Assembly: GCA_965203055.1 (NCBI GenBank)
Contig: OZ241863.1
Coordinates: forward strand, 4,224,001-4,288,000
Source: Spirochaetia bacterium
GTDB taxonomy: Bacteria; Spirochaetota; Spirochaetia; SZUA-6; Bin103
Length of the DNA stretch: 64,000 nt
Direction: 5' to 3'
In this document: piece after piece, positions 27,543-36,314 of the stretch
Layout: each line of letters opens with the position of its first letter
How positions within the stretch are numbered: position 1 is the first letter of the stretch
Notes under the pieces: model-generated
The model's input: only the letters and a program-made list of their open reading frames with translations
What the model was told of the DNA's origin: nothing
Database searches by the model: none
Made by a program: the position numbers and the translations under genes

Positions 27543-27875
27543 CTATTGGCGGGGCTCGGTCTGTTCCGTGCCGTTGGCGGAGTCGCCTTTGAGGGCGCGG
27601 TAGGTCAGCTCGTCGATGCCGGTGGCGGACTGGATCGCCGGCCACCCGAATCCCGCCCGCAGGAACCCTTCGATGGCCTCCATCAGGCCCTCCTGGCGGC
27701 CTTCCAGCCGGCCCTCCTGACGCCCCTCCTGACGCCCTTCCTGACGCCCCTCCTGACGCCCCTCCTGACGCCCCTCTTGACGCCCTTCCTGGCGGCCTTG
27801 CAGTCGGCCTTCCTGCCGGCCCTCCTGCCGGCCCTCCCGGCGGCCTTGTTGCTTGATTTCCTCGACGTAGTTCAT
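27543..27875 (-). CDS. Putative in-frame RpnS antitoxin (110 aa)
   Basis: Internal GGAAGGAGACGTGATG: SD plus ATG just before repeat tail. Confidence 0.65.
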   Translation of the reverse strand: MNYVEEIKQQGRREGRQEGRQEGRLQGRQEGRQEGRQEGRQEGRQEGRQEGRQEGRLEGRQEGLMEAIEGFLRAGFGWPAIQSATGIDELTYRALKGDSANGTEQTEPRQ

Positions 27876-28634
27876 CACGTCTCCTTCCGGTCCCGGTACT
27901 CGTCGCTGCATTTCCTCGGCAAACCGCCCGCGCAACGGCTCCTCTTGGGTCGCCAGCACGTACCACACGAACATGCGCACCTGCTCCCGGCCCCCGCGGC
28001 GCGCCAGTTCGGCCAGCAGCGGCAACGCCCGCGCCAACGCCGGCCATGCCACCGTCGCGCGGTAGGCCAGCATGATGAGCTGCGCCAGCCGCCCCTTCAA
28101 CGTGCCCCGCACCGCCTCCGGCGCGGTCTCCGAATGGTCGATCAGCAGGTGCTCGAAGCGCGGCAGCCACCGCCACCCGCGCACCTCACGGGGGAACAAC
28201 TCCGAGAACTCGACGGCGTGACGCCAGCGGCCCTTCCCCAGATAGAACACCATCGGGACGATCGGGCGCAACATGGTCTCCGCAGGAAAGCGGCGCCGGT
28301 CGCGTTCCCAGATCCGGCAGCAGTATTGCAGCAGCCGCAGGCGCATCCAGCGGTCACGGCGCCGGACCGTGGACTGATGCTCCAGCAGCACGTACAGCCA
28401 GGCCGGCGCGCCGCCGGTGTGGCGGCGGATGGAGTACAGCAGATCGGACTCGGTGGCGCGCAGGTCGGGGGCGACGAAGGCGCTGTTCTCGGCGGAGAGG
28501 GTGGACCACTGCAAGCCGTTGGCGACGGCCGGCGGCAGATGGGCGCGCAGCAGGCCGATCGCCTCGGCGGGTTCGCCGAACACGGCGCGGAACAGGTTGT
28601 CGTGCGGCTGCGCCGCCAAGTCCTGCTTCGCCAT
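27543..28634 (-). CDS. Rpn family PD-(D/E)XK nuclease (Transposase_31), copy 1
   Basis: PHDNLFR, SDLLYS, LLEHQS, PMVFY; C-terminal RQEG repeats. Confidence 0.93.
   Translation of the reverse strand: MAKQDLAAQPHDNLFRAVFGEPAEAIGLLRAHLPPAVANGLQWSTLSAENSAFVAPDLRATESDLLYSIRRHTGGAPAWLYVLLEHQSTVRRRDRWMRLRLLQYCCRIWERDRRRFPAETMLRPIVPMVFYLGKGRWRHAVEFSELFPREVRGWRWLPRFEHLLIDHSETAPEAVRGTLKGRLAQLIMLAYRATVAWPALARALPLLAELARRGGREQVRMFVWYVLATQEEPLRGRFAEEMQRRVPGPEGDVMNYVEEIKQQGRREGRQEGRQEGRLQGRQEGRQEGRQEGRQEGRQEGRQEGRQEGRLEGRQEGLMEAIEGFLRAGFGWPAIQSATGIDELTYRALKGDSANGTEQTEPRQ
27688..27846 (-). repeat. 12-bp tandem repeat, about 13 RQEG units
   Basis: CCTCCTGACGCC-type units. Confidence 0.9.
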
Positions 28635-28742
28635 TGGCTTCAGACCGGTTCCCGGCTGCCGGCGGGGCGCGGCCGGCGCCGTGCCCTGGGAGCAGTCGCG
28701 TTCGAGCCGCCGCGGCGGTGGAGGGCGGCGGTCGCCGCGGGA

Positions 28743-28798
28743 CCGGCGAACACCAAGCGGATCAGACAATCGTGGGGATGATGCAGGGGTGGTGTCAT
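28743..28798 (-). pseudogene. Truncated Rpn 5' fragment
   Basis: AGGAGAGA-ATG, MTPPLHHPHDCLIRLVFA matches start of Rpn copy 2. Confidence 0.75.
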
Positions 28799-28895
28799 TC
28801 TCTCCTCTGCCCCCTGCAACGGCGCGGCGTCCACGGTGCTTTTGATTGACGGCGCGGGCCGCGCTCACGGGTAGACGCGCCCGGACGGCGGAAGG

Positions 28896-29129
28896 TCAGC
28901 GCGGCGCGGTCTGCTCGGTGCCGTTGGGGGCGTCGCGTTTGAGGGTGCGGTAGGTGTGCTCGTCGATGCCGGTGGCGGATTGGATCACCGGCCACTTGAT
29001 CCCGGCCCGCAGGAGCCCGTCGATGGTCTCCAGCCGGCCTTCCTGGCGGCCTTCCAGCCGGCCTTCTTGTCGGCCCTCCTGCCGGCCCTTCAACTCGCCT
29101 TCCCGGCGCAGAATCTCGCCACAGGTCAT
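28896..29129 (-). CDS. Putative in-frame RpnS antitoxin (77 aa)
   Basis: Internal GAGAGGTGATCTGATG: SD plus ATG. Confidence 0.65.
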   Translation of the reverse strand: MTCGEILRREGELKGRQEGRQEGRLEGRQEGRLETIDGLLRAGIKWPVIQSATGIDEHTYRTLKRDAPNGTEQTAPR

Positions 29130-29882
29130 CAGATCACCTCTCAGTTTCGGCGCCCGGCGCCGCAGCACCTCACCCAGCGCTTGCAGCGTGTCCGCCGGCC
29201 CGGTCTTCAGAATATACGACATGAACGCCTGGTAGTAATCCACCCCGCCGCGCACCGGCTCCCGCTGCAACGCCTCCAGCAGCGGCGCAATCCGCTGCCG
29301 CGCTTCCTCCAGGGGCCGCTTGAAGGTGTGCATCATCGCGAGTTGCAGCAACTGCCCGAGCAGTTCCCCGGCCACGGCCGCCGGCGCGATCCGGGTCTGG
29401 TCGAGCAGCAGTGGGTGGAAGTGGGGCACCCAGGGCTGGCCGCGCAGCGCCGGTGGGAAGGAGTCGGCCAGTTCGATGGCGTAGGTCCAGTGGCGCTTGC
29501 CCTGGTAGAACACCAGCGGCAGCACGGGGCGCAGGTACCGCGCTTTGGGGTGGGCGCGGCGGTCGTTCTCCCAGATGCGGCAGCAGTAGCGCAGCAGGCG
29601 TAGCGTGATCCAGCGATCCGGGCGGGACTGATGTTCGAACAGCAGGTAGAGCCACTGCCGCGGGGCGGCGGCGGCGGTGCGCACTTCGAACAGCAGGTCG
29701 GAGACGGAGTCGCGCAGTTCCTGGTCGATGAAGGAGCCTGGGGCGCGGCGCAGGGAGGACCAGAGCAAGCCGCGCTGGTGGGACTCCGGCAGGCGCGCGC
29801 GGAGGAAGGCGGCGGTCTCCCGTGGGTCGGCGAACACCAGGCGGAACAGGTGATCGTGGGGCTGATGCAGGGGCGGTGCCAT
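28896..29882 (-). CDS. Rpn family PD-(D/E)XK nuclease, copy 2
   Basis: PHDHLFR, SDLLFE, LFEHQS, PLVFYQG; RQEG repeats. Confidence 0.93.
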   Translation of the reverse strand: MAPPLHQPHDHLFRLVFADPRETAAFLRARLPESHQRGLLWSSLRRAPGSFIDQELRDSVSDLLFEVRTAAAAPRQWLYLLFEHQSRPDRWITLRLLRYCCRIWENDRRAHPKARYLRPVLPLVFYQGKRHWTYAIELADSFPPALRGQPWVPHFHPLLLDQTRIAPAAVAGELLGQLLQLAMMHTFKRPLEEARQRIAPLLEALQREPVRGGVDYYQAFMSYILKTGPADTLQALGEVLRRRAPKLRGDLMTCGEILRREGELKGRQEGRQEGRLEGRQEGRLETIDGLLRAGIKWPVIQSATGIDEHTYRTLKRDAPNGTEQTAPR

Positions 29883-30114
29883 ACGGTGTCATTCTCTCCT
29901 CTGCCCCTACAACGGCGCGGCGTCAGCGGTGCTTTTGGCGGCGCGGAGCGAAGTGCAGGCCCTGATTAAGCAGCTCTCCCAGCTCCCAGCTCCCAGCCGC
30001 CAAGCCTCCCGCCGCGCCCTGTTGCCGTAGGCGAACGAACGACACGAACGACTGCGAGGCTGCCGCGTCGGCGCGCGGTGTGCTAAGCTGGCCGGCGTCT
30101 GGAGGCGTGGTCGT

Positions 30115-31002
30115 ATGGCAAGTTCAATCAGCGCTCCGCCGGCGCCGGCGGCAGCGATAGACTACCCCAGTTCGGACGGCAAGCCGATGGCGGAAAGCGA
30201 GTCGCAACTGATACCTCTCACGTACGCCGTTAGCTGCCTCCGGCACTACTTCCGCAACCGCCCGGAGGCGTTCGCCTCCGGCAACCTGCTGATCTACTAC
30301 GAGGAAGGGACGTGGGCGAGGGTGGCGCCGGACGTGTTCGTGGTGTTCGGGTCGCGCAATCGGAAAGAAGAACGCGCGTCGTATCGTCTGTGGGAGGAGG
30401 AGAAGGCGCCGGACTTCGTGCTGGAGATCACGTCGCCGGCGACGTGGCGGGCCGATCAGGACAGGAAGCGGGAGTTGTATCGCCGGCTGGGGGTGGGGGA
30501 GTACTGGCAGTACGATCCGACGCTGAAGTACCTGCGGCCGCCGCTGCAGGGGTTGGAGTTGGTGGAAGGAGAGTACGAGCCGCTGCCGCGGCGGGAGTTG
30601 GCGGACGGGACGTTGGCGGCGCGGAGCGAAGTGCTGGGACTGGAGTTGCGGGTGGCAGGCCGGCGGCTGAGGTTCTACGATCCGCAGACGGGGAAGGAGC
30701 TGCCGGACTTGGCGGAGACCGACGAACAACGCCGGGAGGCGGAGTCTCGCGCAGAGCAGGAAGCGGCCGCCCGCCGCCGGGAAGCGGCCGCCCGCCGCCG
30801 GGAAGCGGCCGCCCGCCAGGCCGCAGAGACCCGCGTCCAACAGGAGGCCGCCGCCCGCCGCCGGGAGGCCGCCGCCCGCCAGGCCGCAGAAACCCGCGCC
30901 CACCAGGAGGCGGCCGCCCGCCAACAGGAAGCCGCCGCCCGCCAAGCCGCAGAAGCGCGTCTGGCCGAACTCGAGGCCCTGCTACGCCGCAAATCCGACT
31001 GA
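30115..31002 (+). CDS. Uma2 family endonuclease with EAAAR coiled-coil tail
   Basis: YPSSDGKPMAES, APDVFVV, PDFVLEITS, EYWQYDP. Confidence 0.93.
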   Translation: MASSISAPPAPAAAIDYPSSDGKPMAESESQLIPLTYAVSCLRHYFRNRPEAFASGNLLIYYEEGTWARVAPDVFVVFGSRNRKEERASYRLWEEEKAPDFVLEITSPATWRADQDRKRELYRRLGVGEYWQYDPTLKYLRPPLQGLELVEGEYEPLPRRELADGTLAARSEVLGLELRVAGRRLRFYDPQTGKELPDLAETDEQRREAESRAEQEAAARRREAAARRREAAARQAAETRVQQEAAARRREAAARQAAETRAHQEAAARQQEAAARQAAEARLAELEALLRRKSD

Positions 31003-31114
31003 CGCCTCCTGCCTCTTGGAAGTGCGCCCGCCCCGCGCCCCCCGCGCCCTGTGCCGCCCACCCGTGCCCCGCGCCCTGCGCCGCCCGCGCCCCGCGCCCC
31101 GCCCCACCGCGCGC

Positions 31115-31143
31115 TTGACCGTCTCAAGGCCGTGTCGTAAAGT
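31115..31143 (+). promoter_or_regulatory. Sigma70-like promoter with no convincing CDS downstream
   Basis: TTGACC-N17-TAAAGT. Confidence 0.55.
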
Positions 31144-31149
31144 GCCGAT

Positions 31150-31267
31150 AACGGTCCTATGAGGACCAAGCCGCGGTCCTGCGACCGCGGGAGCACGAAC
31201 GCATCGGAACGGATGAGGACTTGGAGCACTGACACCACCGGCAGCGGCGCCCCAGCGCGCCGCCGGT
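31150..31267 (+). ncRNA. Candidate structured small RNA
   Basis: Hairpins GGTCCT-ATG-AGGACC and CCGCGGTC-CTGC-GACCGCGG plus a 3' GC hairpin, right after the promoter. Confidence 0.3.
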
Positions 31268-31482
31268 CTCGCAGCCCCCGTCCGTCCCGGCGGCCGCGGC
31301 CCCGGCTGCGAACCATCCGGCGGCCCGCCGCCGTCAGCCGCGCCGCGGCGCTCGCTCTCTCAGGGGATGAATCCGCCGCCCGCCGCCGGCGCCCGCCGTC
31401 CGAGCGGGCGCCCGGCCCGGCCCCGTGCCGCGCTGCCGCGCCCGGCGCCGGCGGCCGGGGCCAAGAAACCGGCGCGGAGGTG

Positions 31483-31511
31483 TTGACCCTGCGGGAGCGG
31501 CGTGCTAAGTT
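31483..31511 (+). promoter_or_regulatory. Putative promoter of surface lipoprotein gene
   Basis: TTGACC-N17-TAAGTT with extended TG. Confidence 0.5.
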
Positions 31512-31758
31512 GCACCCGGTGAGAAGCGCCGTTCCGCGGCGTGGGCACGCGGGAGGGGTCAACGGAGCGTTGTTGCCGCAGCGCTCGATCTGCTATCTTG
31601 CATATGTGAACCGGCACCCAGGTAGCCGGCAGGAGGTATATGGGGTCCATGCTCAATCGTGAATGGCGCGGCGCCTCGTGAGCGCCGCTACAGACTCGAG
31701 GGGCGTGGGGTTCCCTGCGCCGCAAACCAAACCGTTCAAGGAGCGGAAGGAGAACAAC

Positions 31759-33204
31759 ATGATAATTGCACGTGCGGCAAAGGGAGCCGCACTCCTTTTG
31801 ATGATTTTCGGCGTTGTGGCGTTGATCGGCTGCCCGGCTGGCGTCACGGGTAAAACCGGACCGCAAGGAACGCAGGGACCCAAGGGTGACGCCGGTGCCG
31901 CTGGTGCCGATGGTCAGCCGGGACCGGCCGCCCTCCAGGTCGTGGGTGACGCGAGTGAGCGCTACGCCATCTTGATCAACAACGGCGGCACCGATGCCGC
32001 TCCCGCGGTCGGTGACGTGACGAAGCCGGCCACCTCCGCGGACGTCACGGAACTCTTCATCGGCGGCGTGGCGCCGATCACGTACGCCATCTCCACGGCA
32101 GCGGCCGGCGGCCCGTTCACGGCGTCGATCAAGGACAACGCGATCGTCGTCGGCAAGCGGACGGGGGCTGCCGGTAACCTCGTAGACCCCGGCTCCTACA
32201 CCACGGGCACCACGCTGGCCGTCAGGGCTACCGACGCCAACGGGGCGACCGTTACCAAGCTGGTAGCGATCCGGGCCAACCGGAAGCCTATTGCCTTTCG
32301 AGGTGAAACTGACGTTCAGAGAAATGTCGTAGTGGGGACGCAGTCGGAGACGTACGGTACCGGCGCCACCGCGAAGAAGGCCAGGAACGTGGTACACATC
32401 CTGGATATCAAGTCCTGGAGCGGGCCTGCCGCCGCCCCGGCAACTCCCGTCGGATTATTCAATGACGACGGAACGGACACCGGCGACAATAAGGATGAGG
32501 ACCTTCGAGATCACGTCATAGAGATCACCAAGATGACCCGCGGTGGCGCCAATGACCCGAAGAAGGCCGCCGAGCACATTCAGGCTGAGATCACCGCAGG
32601 CGCGAACGGTTTAGCCACAAATGGTCTCAAGATCACGGGGCTGAAGTCCACCTGGGATTCATCCCTGGATCCTGACGCCCACACGCCGGTCGTTGTCGAG
32701 CTCACCGCTACGGACCCAGGTGGAATGAAGCAGACCAACACGATACAGGTTTACGTCGATGGCGCCCCCCAGGTGGGAGCGACGCCGCCGCCCCCGGTTC
32801 ACTCCAAGAAGGCAACCGGTACCGCGCAGATCCTGATCCGTGATCTGGACAGCTTCTACAAGGATCCTGAAAAGGCGAGCGGGGCGGGCCTCGATGTCCC
32901 GGTCGCCGACGTCTCGGCGGAACCGAGCCAGCTTGCCGCTGTGACAATCGATAGCGGTAACTTGTCGGCGACGCCTAACAATCCAGGCAAGGTCACCATC
33001 ACCTACCTCATAGAGAGTGATGAGGTCGGCTTGCCGCAACAAGGCCCCGCAGGAAGCCTCAGGACCCTCGCATTAAGCTATCTGGGTAGTACCGGTTCCC
33101 AGGGATCTATCGACCGTGACGGAGATGGGGCACCCGACACCGCCGCCGCAGGCGTCTTTGATCAGTATATCCAGGGGACCGTAACGCTCAACGTCACCCC
33201 GTAA
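31759..33204 (+). CDS. Surface lipoprotein with short collagen-like repeat and Ig/cadherin-like domains
   Basis: AAGGAG RBS; lipobox LIGC; GKTGPQGTQGPKGDAGAAGADGQPGPA; VRATDANG and LTATDPGG motifs. Confidence 0.85.
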   Translation: MIIARAAKGAALLLMIFGVVALIGCPAGVTGKTGPQGTQGPKGDAGAAGADGQPGPAALQVVGDASERYAILINNGGTDAAPAVGDVTKPATSADVTELFIGGVAPITYAISTAAAGGPFTASIKDNAIVVGKRTGAAGNLVDPGSYTTGTTLAVRATDANGATVTKLVAIRANRKPIAFRGETDVQRNVVVGTQSETYGTGATAKKARNVVHILDIKSWSGPAAAPATPVGLFNDDGTDTGDNKDEDLRDHVIEITKMTRGGANDPKKAAEHIQAEITAGANGLATNGLKITGLKSTWDSSLDPDAHTPVVVELTATDPGGMKQTNTIQVYVDGAPQVGATPPPPVHSKKATGTAQILIRDLDSFYKDPEKASGAGLDVPVADVSAEPSQLAAVTIDSGNLSATPNNPGKVTITYLIESDEVGLPQQGPAGSLRTLALSYLGSTGSQGSIDRDGDGAPDTAAAGVFDQYIQGTVTLNVTP

Positions 33205-33249
33205 CCCCGAAGGCGGCGTAGCTCACGCTACCCCGCATCGCCCAAAGAC

Positions 33250-33285
33250 AAGCCCGCCGGCCCGCAACGGTCCGGCGGGCTTTTT
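33250..33285 (+). terminator. Rho-independent terminator
   Basis: AAGCCCGCCGG...CCGGCGGGC-TTTTT. Confidence 0.9.
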
Positions 33286-33295
33286 CACGCCCCCA

Positions 33296-33870
33296 CGAAG
33301 GAGGAGGCAAAAGGCCCCGTGGAAGGGATATGCCGCGGCTGGATCGCCTCGATACCATTGAGCGCGGATTGGGATTGCTTAGCAACGCCCATTGGAGCGT
33401 AAAAGGCGTTTGCCGTCGCCGTAGACAAGCATGAGACCCTCGAAAACGACCCTGTTGAGTACGCATTTGAGGAGATGTGCAACCGTTTCAACCTTTTTCT
33501 CGCGCGGTTGCATCGCGACGGAGACACGCAACGTGGGTTGATCGTGATAGACAAGTGGAGCTATGAAGATGCGCTGCAAAAACTGGCGCGACGCTTCCGC
33601 GAAGACGGAACCAGATGGGGCCAGCTACGCAATCTTGCTGAAGTTCCCCTGTTCGTAGATTCCACTGCGTCCCGGCTGATTCAGATAGCAGACCTTCTGG
33701 CCTGGGCAGTCTGGAGACGATACGAGTTCAAAGATACGCGCTACTTCGACCGGATTGTCGGTCGCTTCGATAAAGATGGAGGCGTACTTCACGGTCTGGT
33801 GCACCACAAGAGTCCCGCGGACGAATGCCATTGCCCCGCCTGTCTATCGAGATCGATCCGAAGAACCTGA
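33296..33870 (+). pseudogene. DUF3800 family protein, 5'-truncated and frameshifted
   Basis: DPVEYAFEEMCNRF, EVPLFVDS, SRLIQIADLLAW; upstream part is in other frames and the N-terminal DES motif is missing. Confidence 0.75.
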
Positions 33871-34050
33871 CACTCGCTGGCTCGACGCAGGCGCCCTCTG
33901 CTGGATTGTCGCTCGGTTCTCATCCTGATTGTCGCGCTACAGGTACTCCTGCCGCCAGTTCGCGCGTCACTACCGTGCCTGAAGCGTGCGCTTGACCGAT
34001 GGCCGCGCGATCAGATATGGTCGGCCCCACTGGATGGAGGTCGGTGCTCG

Positions 34051-35187
34051 ATGATAAAGAAGATACGCATCGAAAATTACAAGTGCCTCGTCAATTTCGA
34101 CCTGGAGCTTGACGAGTTGTCCCTCTTGCTCGGGCTGAACGGAGTTGGCAAGACCGCGGTGCTCGATGTCGTATTCGCACTGCGCCGCCTGCTCTCCGGC
34201 GACGCGCGGTTCACCGATGCGGACGTGTTCCCGACCCGGACTCTGACCGGCTGGCAGAGTCGTGATCTACAGGTGTTCGAGCTCCGGGTGCTGCTGGCGG
34301 CGGAGACGTTCACCTACCTGCTCGAAGTGGAACATCAGCGGGAGACCCGCTTGGCGCGGATCGGCCGCGAACGGCTGGACGTGGACGGAACGACGTTGTT
34401 CGAGTGCGTTCAAAACCAAGTCCAGCTCTATGACGACGATCCGGACGACAGAGAGGTAAAGAAAGGACCAACTTTTACTACCGATTGGAGAGAATCGGCC
34501 CTGGCTCGCGTCGTCCCTGTGTCCCATAATCAACGCCTTACCCGCTTCCTGGATTATATGAGGAACATACTCGTCTGCGACATCCAACCTCGGGGGATGA
34601 AGACCGAGGCGGCAGCCGAGAGTCCGTTGCTGGACCGGGACGCCGGCAACTTCGCCGATTGGTTCCGGCACATGCTCCCGGAACATCCGGAGCTGATTTC
34701 CGATTTGAATAATGAGCTCACCGAGGTAATCGGGGGCGGGTTCAGCAGAATGTGGCTGAAGAAGGTGAGCGATGAGGTTCGTGCCCTGATGGTCGATCAG
34801 ATAGGCGCCAAATCCGGTGTCAAGTATGATTTGCGAATCGATGAGATGTCCGACGGCCAGCGCGCCCTGATGGTCTTGTACGGTCTGATCCACTTGACCC
34901 GAGGCCAGGGCTACACGCTGCTGATCGATGAACCTGAGAACTACGTTGCTCTTCGGGAAATCCAGCCTTGGCTGATGAGCCTCGAGGACGCCTGCGGAGA
35001 TACCCTGCCACAGGTAGTGATAGCCTCCCATCATCCTGAGCTGATCGACCACCTGGGAAGGGAGAACGGCATTCTTCTGCAACGCGGAACGTCGGACGAG
35101 ATAACGGCGCGCCGACTCGATACCCGCGAAACCGAGGGCGGTGTGGAGCTCTCCGAGCTGTTCGCGCGAGGGTGGGAAGCTGAGTAG
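34051..35187 (+). CDS. ABC-type ATPase (AAA_21)
   Basis: IRIENYKC, GLNGVGKT, MSDGQR, LIDEPEN, ASHHP. Confidence 0.92.
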   Translation: MIKKIRIENYKCLVNFDLELDELSLLLGLNGVGKTAVLDVVFALRRLLSGDARFTDADVFPTRTLTGWQSRDLQVFELRVLLAAETFTYLLEVEHQRETRLARIGRERLDVDGTTLFECVQNQVQLYDDDPDDREVKKGPTFTTDWRESALARVVPVSHNQRLTRFLDYMRNILVCDIQPRGMKTEAAAESPLLDRDAGNFADWFRHMLPEHPELISDLNNELTEVIGGGFSRMWLKKVSDEVRALMVDQIGAKSGVKYDLRIDEMSDGQRALMVLYGLIHLTRGQGYTLLIDEPENYVALREIQPWLMSLEDACGDTLPQVVIASHHPELIDHLGRENGILLQRGTSDEITARRLDTRETEGGVELSELFARGWEAE

Positions 35188-35734
35188 AAGAAAGTCGCAA
35201 ATAGTGCTGCTGTGTGAAGACAAGCAGCAATCGACGTTCGTCTACCGCTTCCTTATCGAGATGGGATGGAGAAAGGATCAGATTCGAATACGGTCCGCCA
35301 AACCAGGGAAGGGCTCTGCGGAAGAGTTTGTACGAAACCGTTTCCCCAAGGAGCTCAACGAACACCGGGCTCGCCCTAGTCTTTCGCGGGCTCTGATGGT
35401 GATGATGGACGGCGACAACCGCGGGATTAACGGCCGCATGGCTGAACTTGCCGGCGAGTGCACGAAAGCCGAAACGAGCCCCAGAACTCAGAAAGAACAG
35501 GATGTTCTCGTATTCATACCCACTTGGCGCATCGAAACCTGGTTGGCCTATCTGGACGGCGAAGCAGTCGACGAAGCGAAGCGAGATTACCCTCGTTTGC
35601 GACGGCCGAGAGATTGCGCTCGGCACGTGGACACTCTCGTCGAGATGTGTCGTGATAAGGCGCTTCGGAAGCCGGCGCCGGCGTCTCTGGCTGCCGCCTG
35701 CCACGAATACCGCCGCTGGCCCGATTCCGCTTGA
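35180..35734 (+). CDS. TOPRIM-like partner protein (DUF4276/RloB-like)
   Basis: IVLLCED, MVMMDGD, IETW; overlaps ATPase stop; start uncertain (CTG 35180 or GTG 35141). Confidence 0.75.
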   Translation: MSRRKSQIVLLCEDKQQSTFVYRFLIEMGWRKDQIRIRSAKPGKGSAEEFVRNRFPKELNEHRARPSLSRALMVMMDGDNRGINGRMAELAGECTKAETSPRTQKEQDVLVFIPTWRIETWLAYLDGEAVDEAKRDYPRLRRPRDCARHVDTLVEMCRDKALRKPAPASLAAACHEYRRWPDSA

Positions 35735-35974
35735 ATCGCCCGATGCGGGCGTGACGGCCGGGAGACCAAGCTCGAAAGACGATCGGCGAAAGGCGACGGT
35801 AGGGTCCGAGGAACAGCGCCCGCGCGGGCGCGCCGCGCGCGGCCTCCCGCTTCGTCGCAGGAGCATGGAGAGGAGCGAAGGCCGGCTTGAAGACCGCGCT
35901 CAGAGATCGAATCGCGACCGAGCGTCACCGAGCGGGTAAAGGTAGGTGATCCATCAAGGGCGGATCGAAGGACG

Positions 35975-36311
35975 GCGGACCGAAGGATGAAACCGACGGT
36001 CTCCTCTACGTCTTCGCGACGACGCGGGATTGCGTCAAACCGTGCAGCTGCGCCTACTGTTTCCTCGCATCAGAGCGCAGTCAGGAGCCTTCCTCGTTTC
36101 GGCGCACGATGGTAGGTTCGATTTCGAGTGCAAGGATAAGAATAGCCGGTACCGAGCGGACAAATATGACGTGCCTTACAACTACTACCGATTGACGGTG
36201 AAGGCCGAATGCAAGGAATCGATTCTGAAAGAACTGGAGTCTCTGAACATCTCGAGGGAGACTCTGTTCCCGGGGCTGGAATCATCCGCCAAGGCGATCG
36301 TCGATGCCTAG
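35975..36311 (+). pseudogene. FRG-domain protein fragment 1 (internal deletion, C-terminus kept)
   Basis: DGLLYVFATTRD joined to PRIRAQSGAFL...KESILKELESLNISRETLFPGLE. Confidence 0.7.
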
Positions 36312-36314
36312 TAA

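Noticed and set aside
24796..28176. 1126-aa extended GcvT ORF with GGASGR repeats
   Set aside because: The extension is an off-frame reading of the Rpn RQEG repeats; the FAD motif begins near 27290
31024..31112. C-rich CCCCGCG repeats (G-quadruplex potential on minus strand)
   Set aside because: Low-complexity GC runs are common in intergenic DNA here; no independent support
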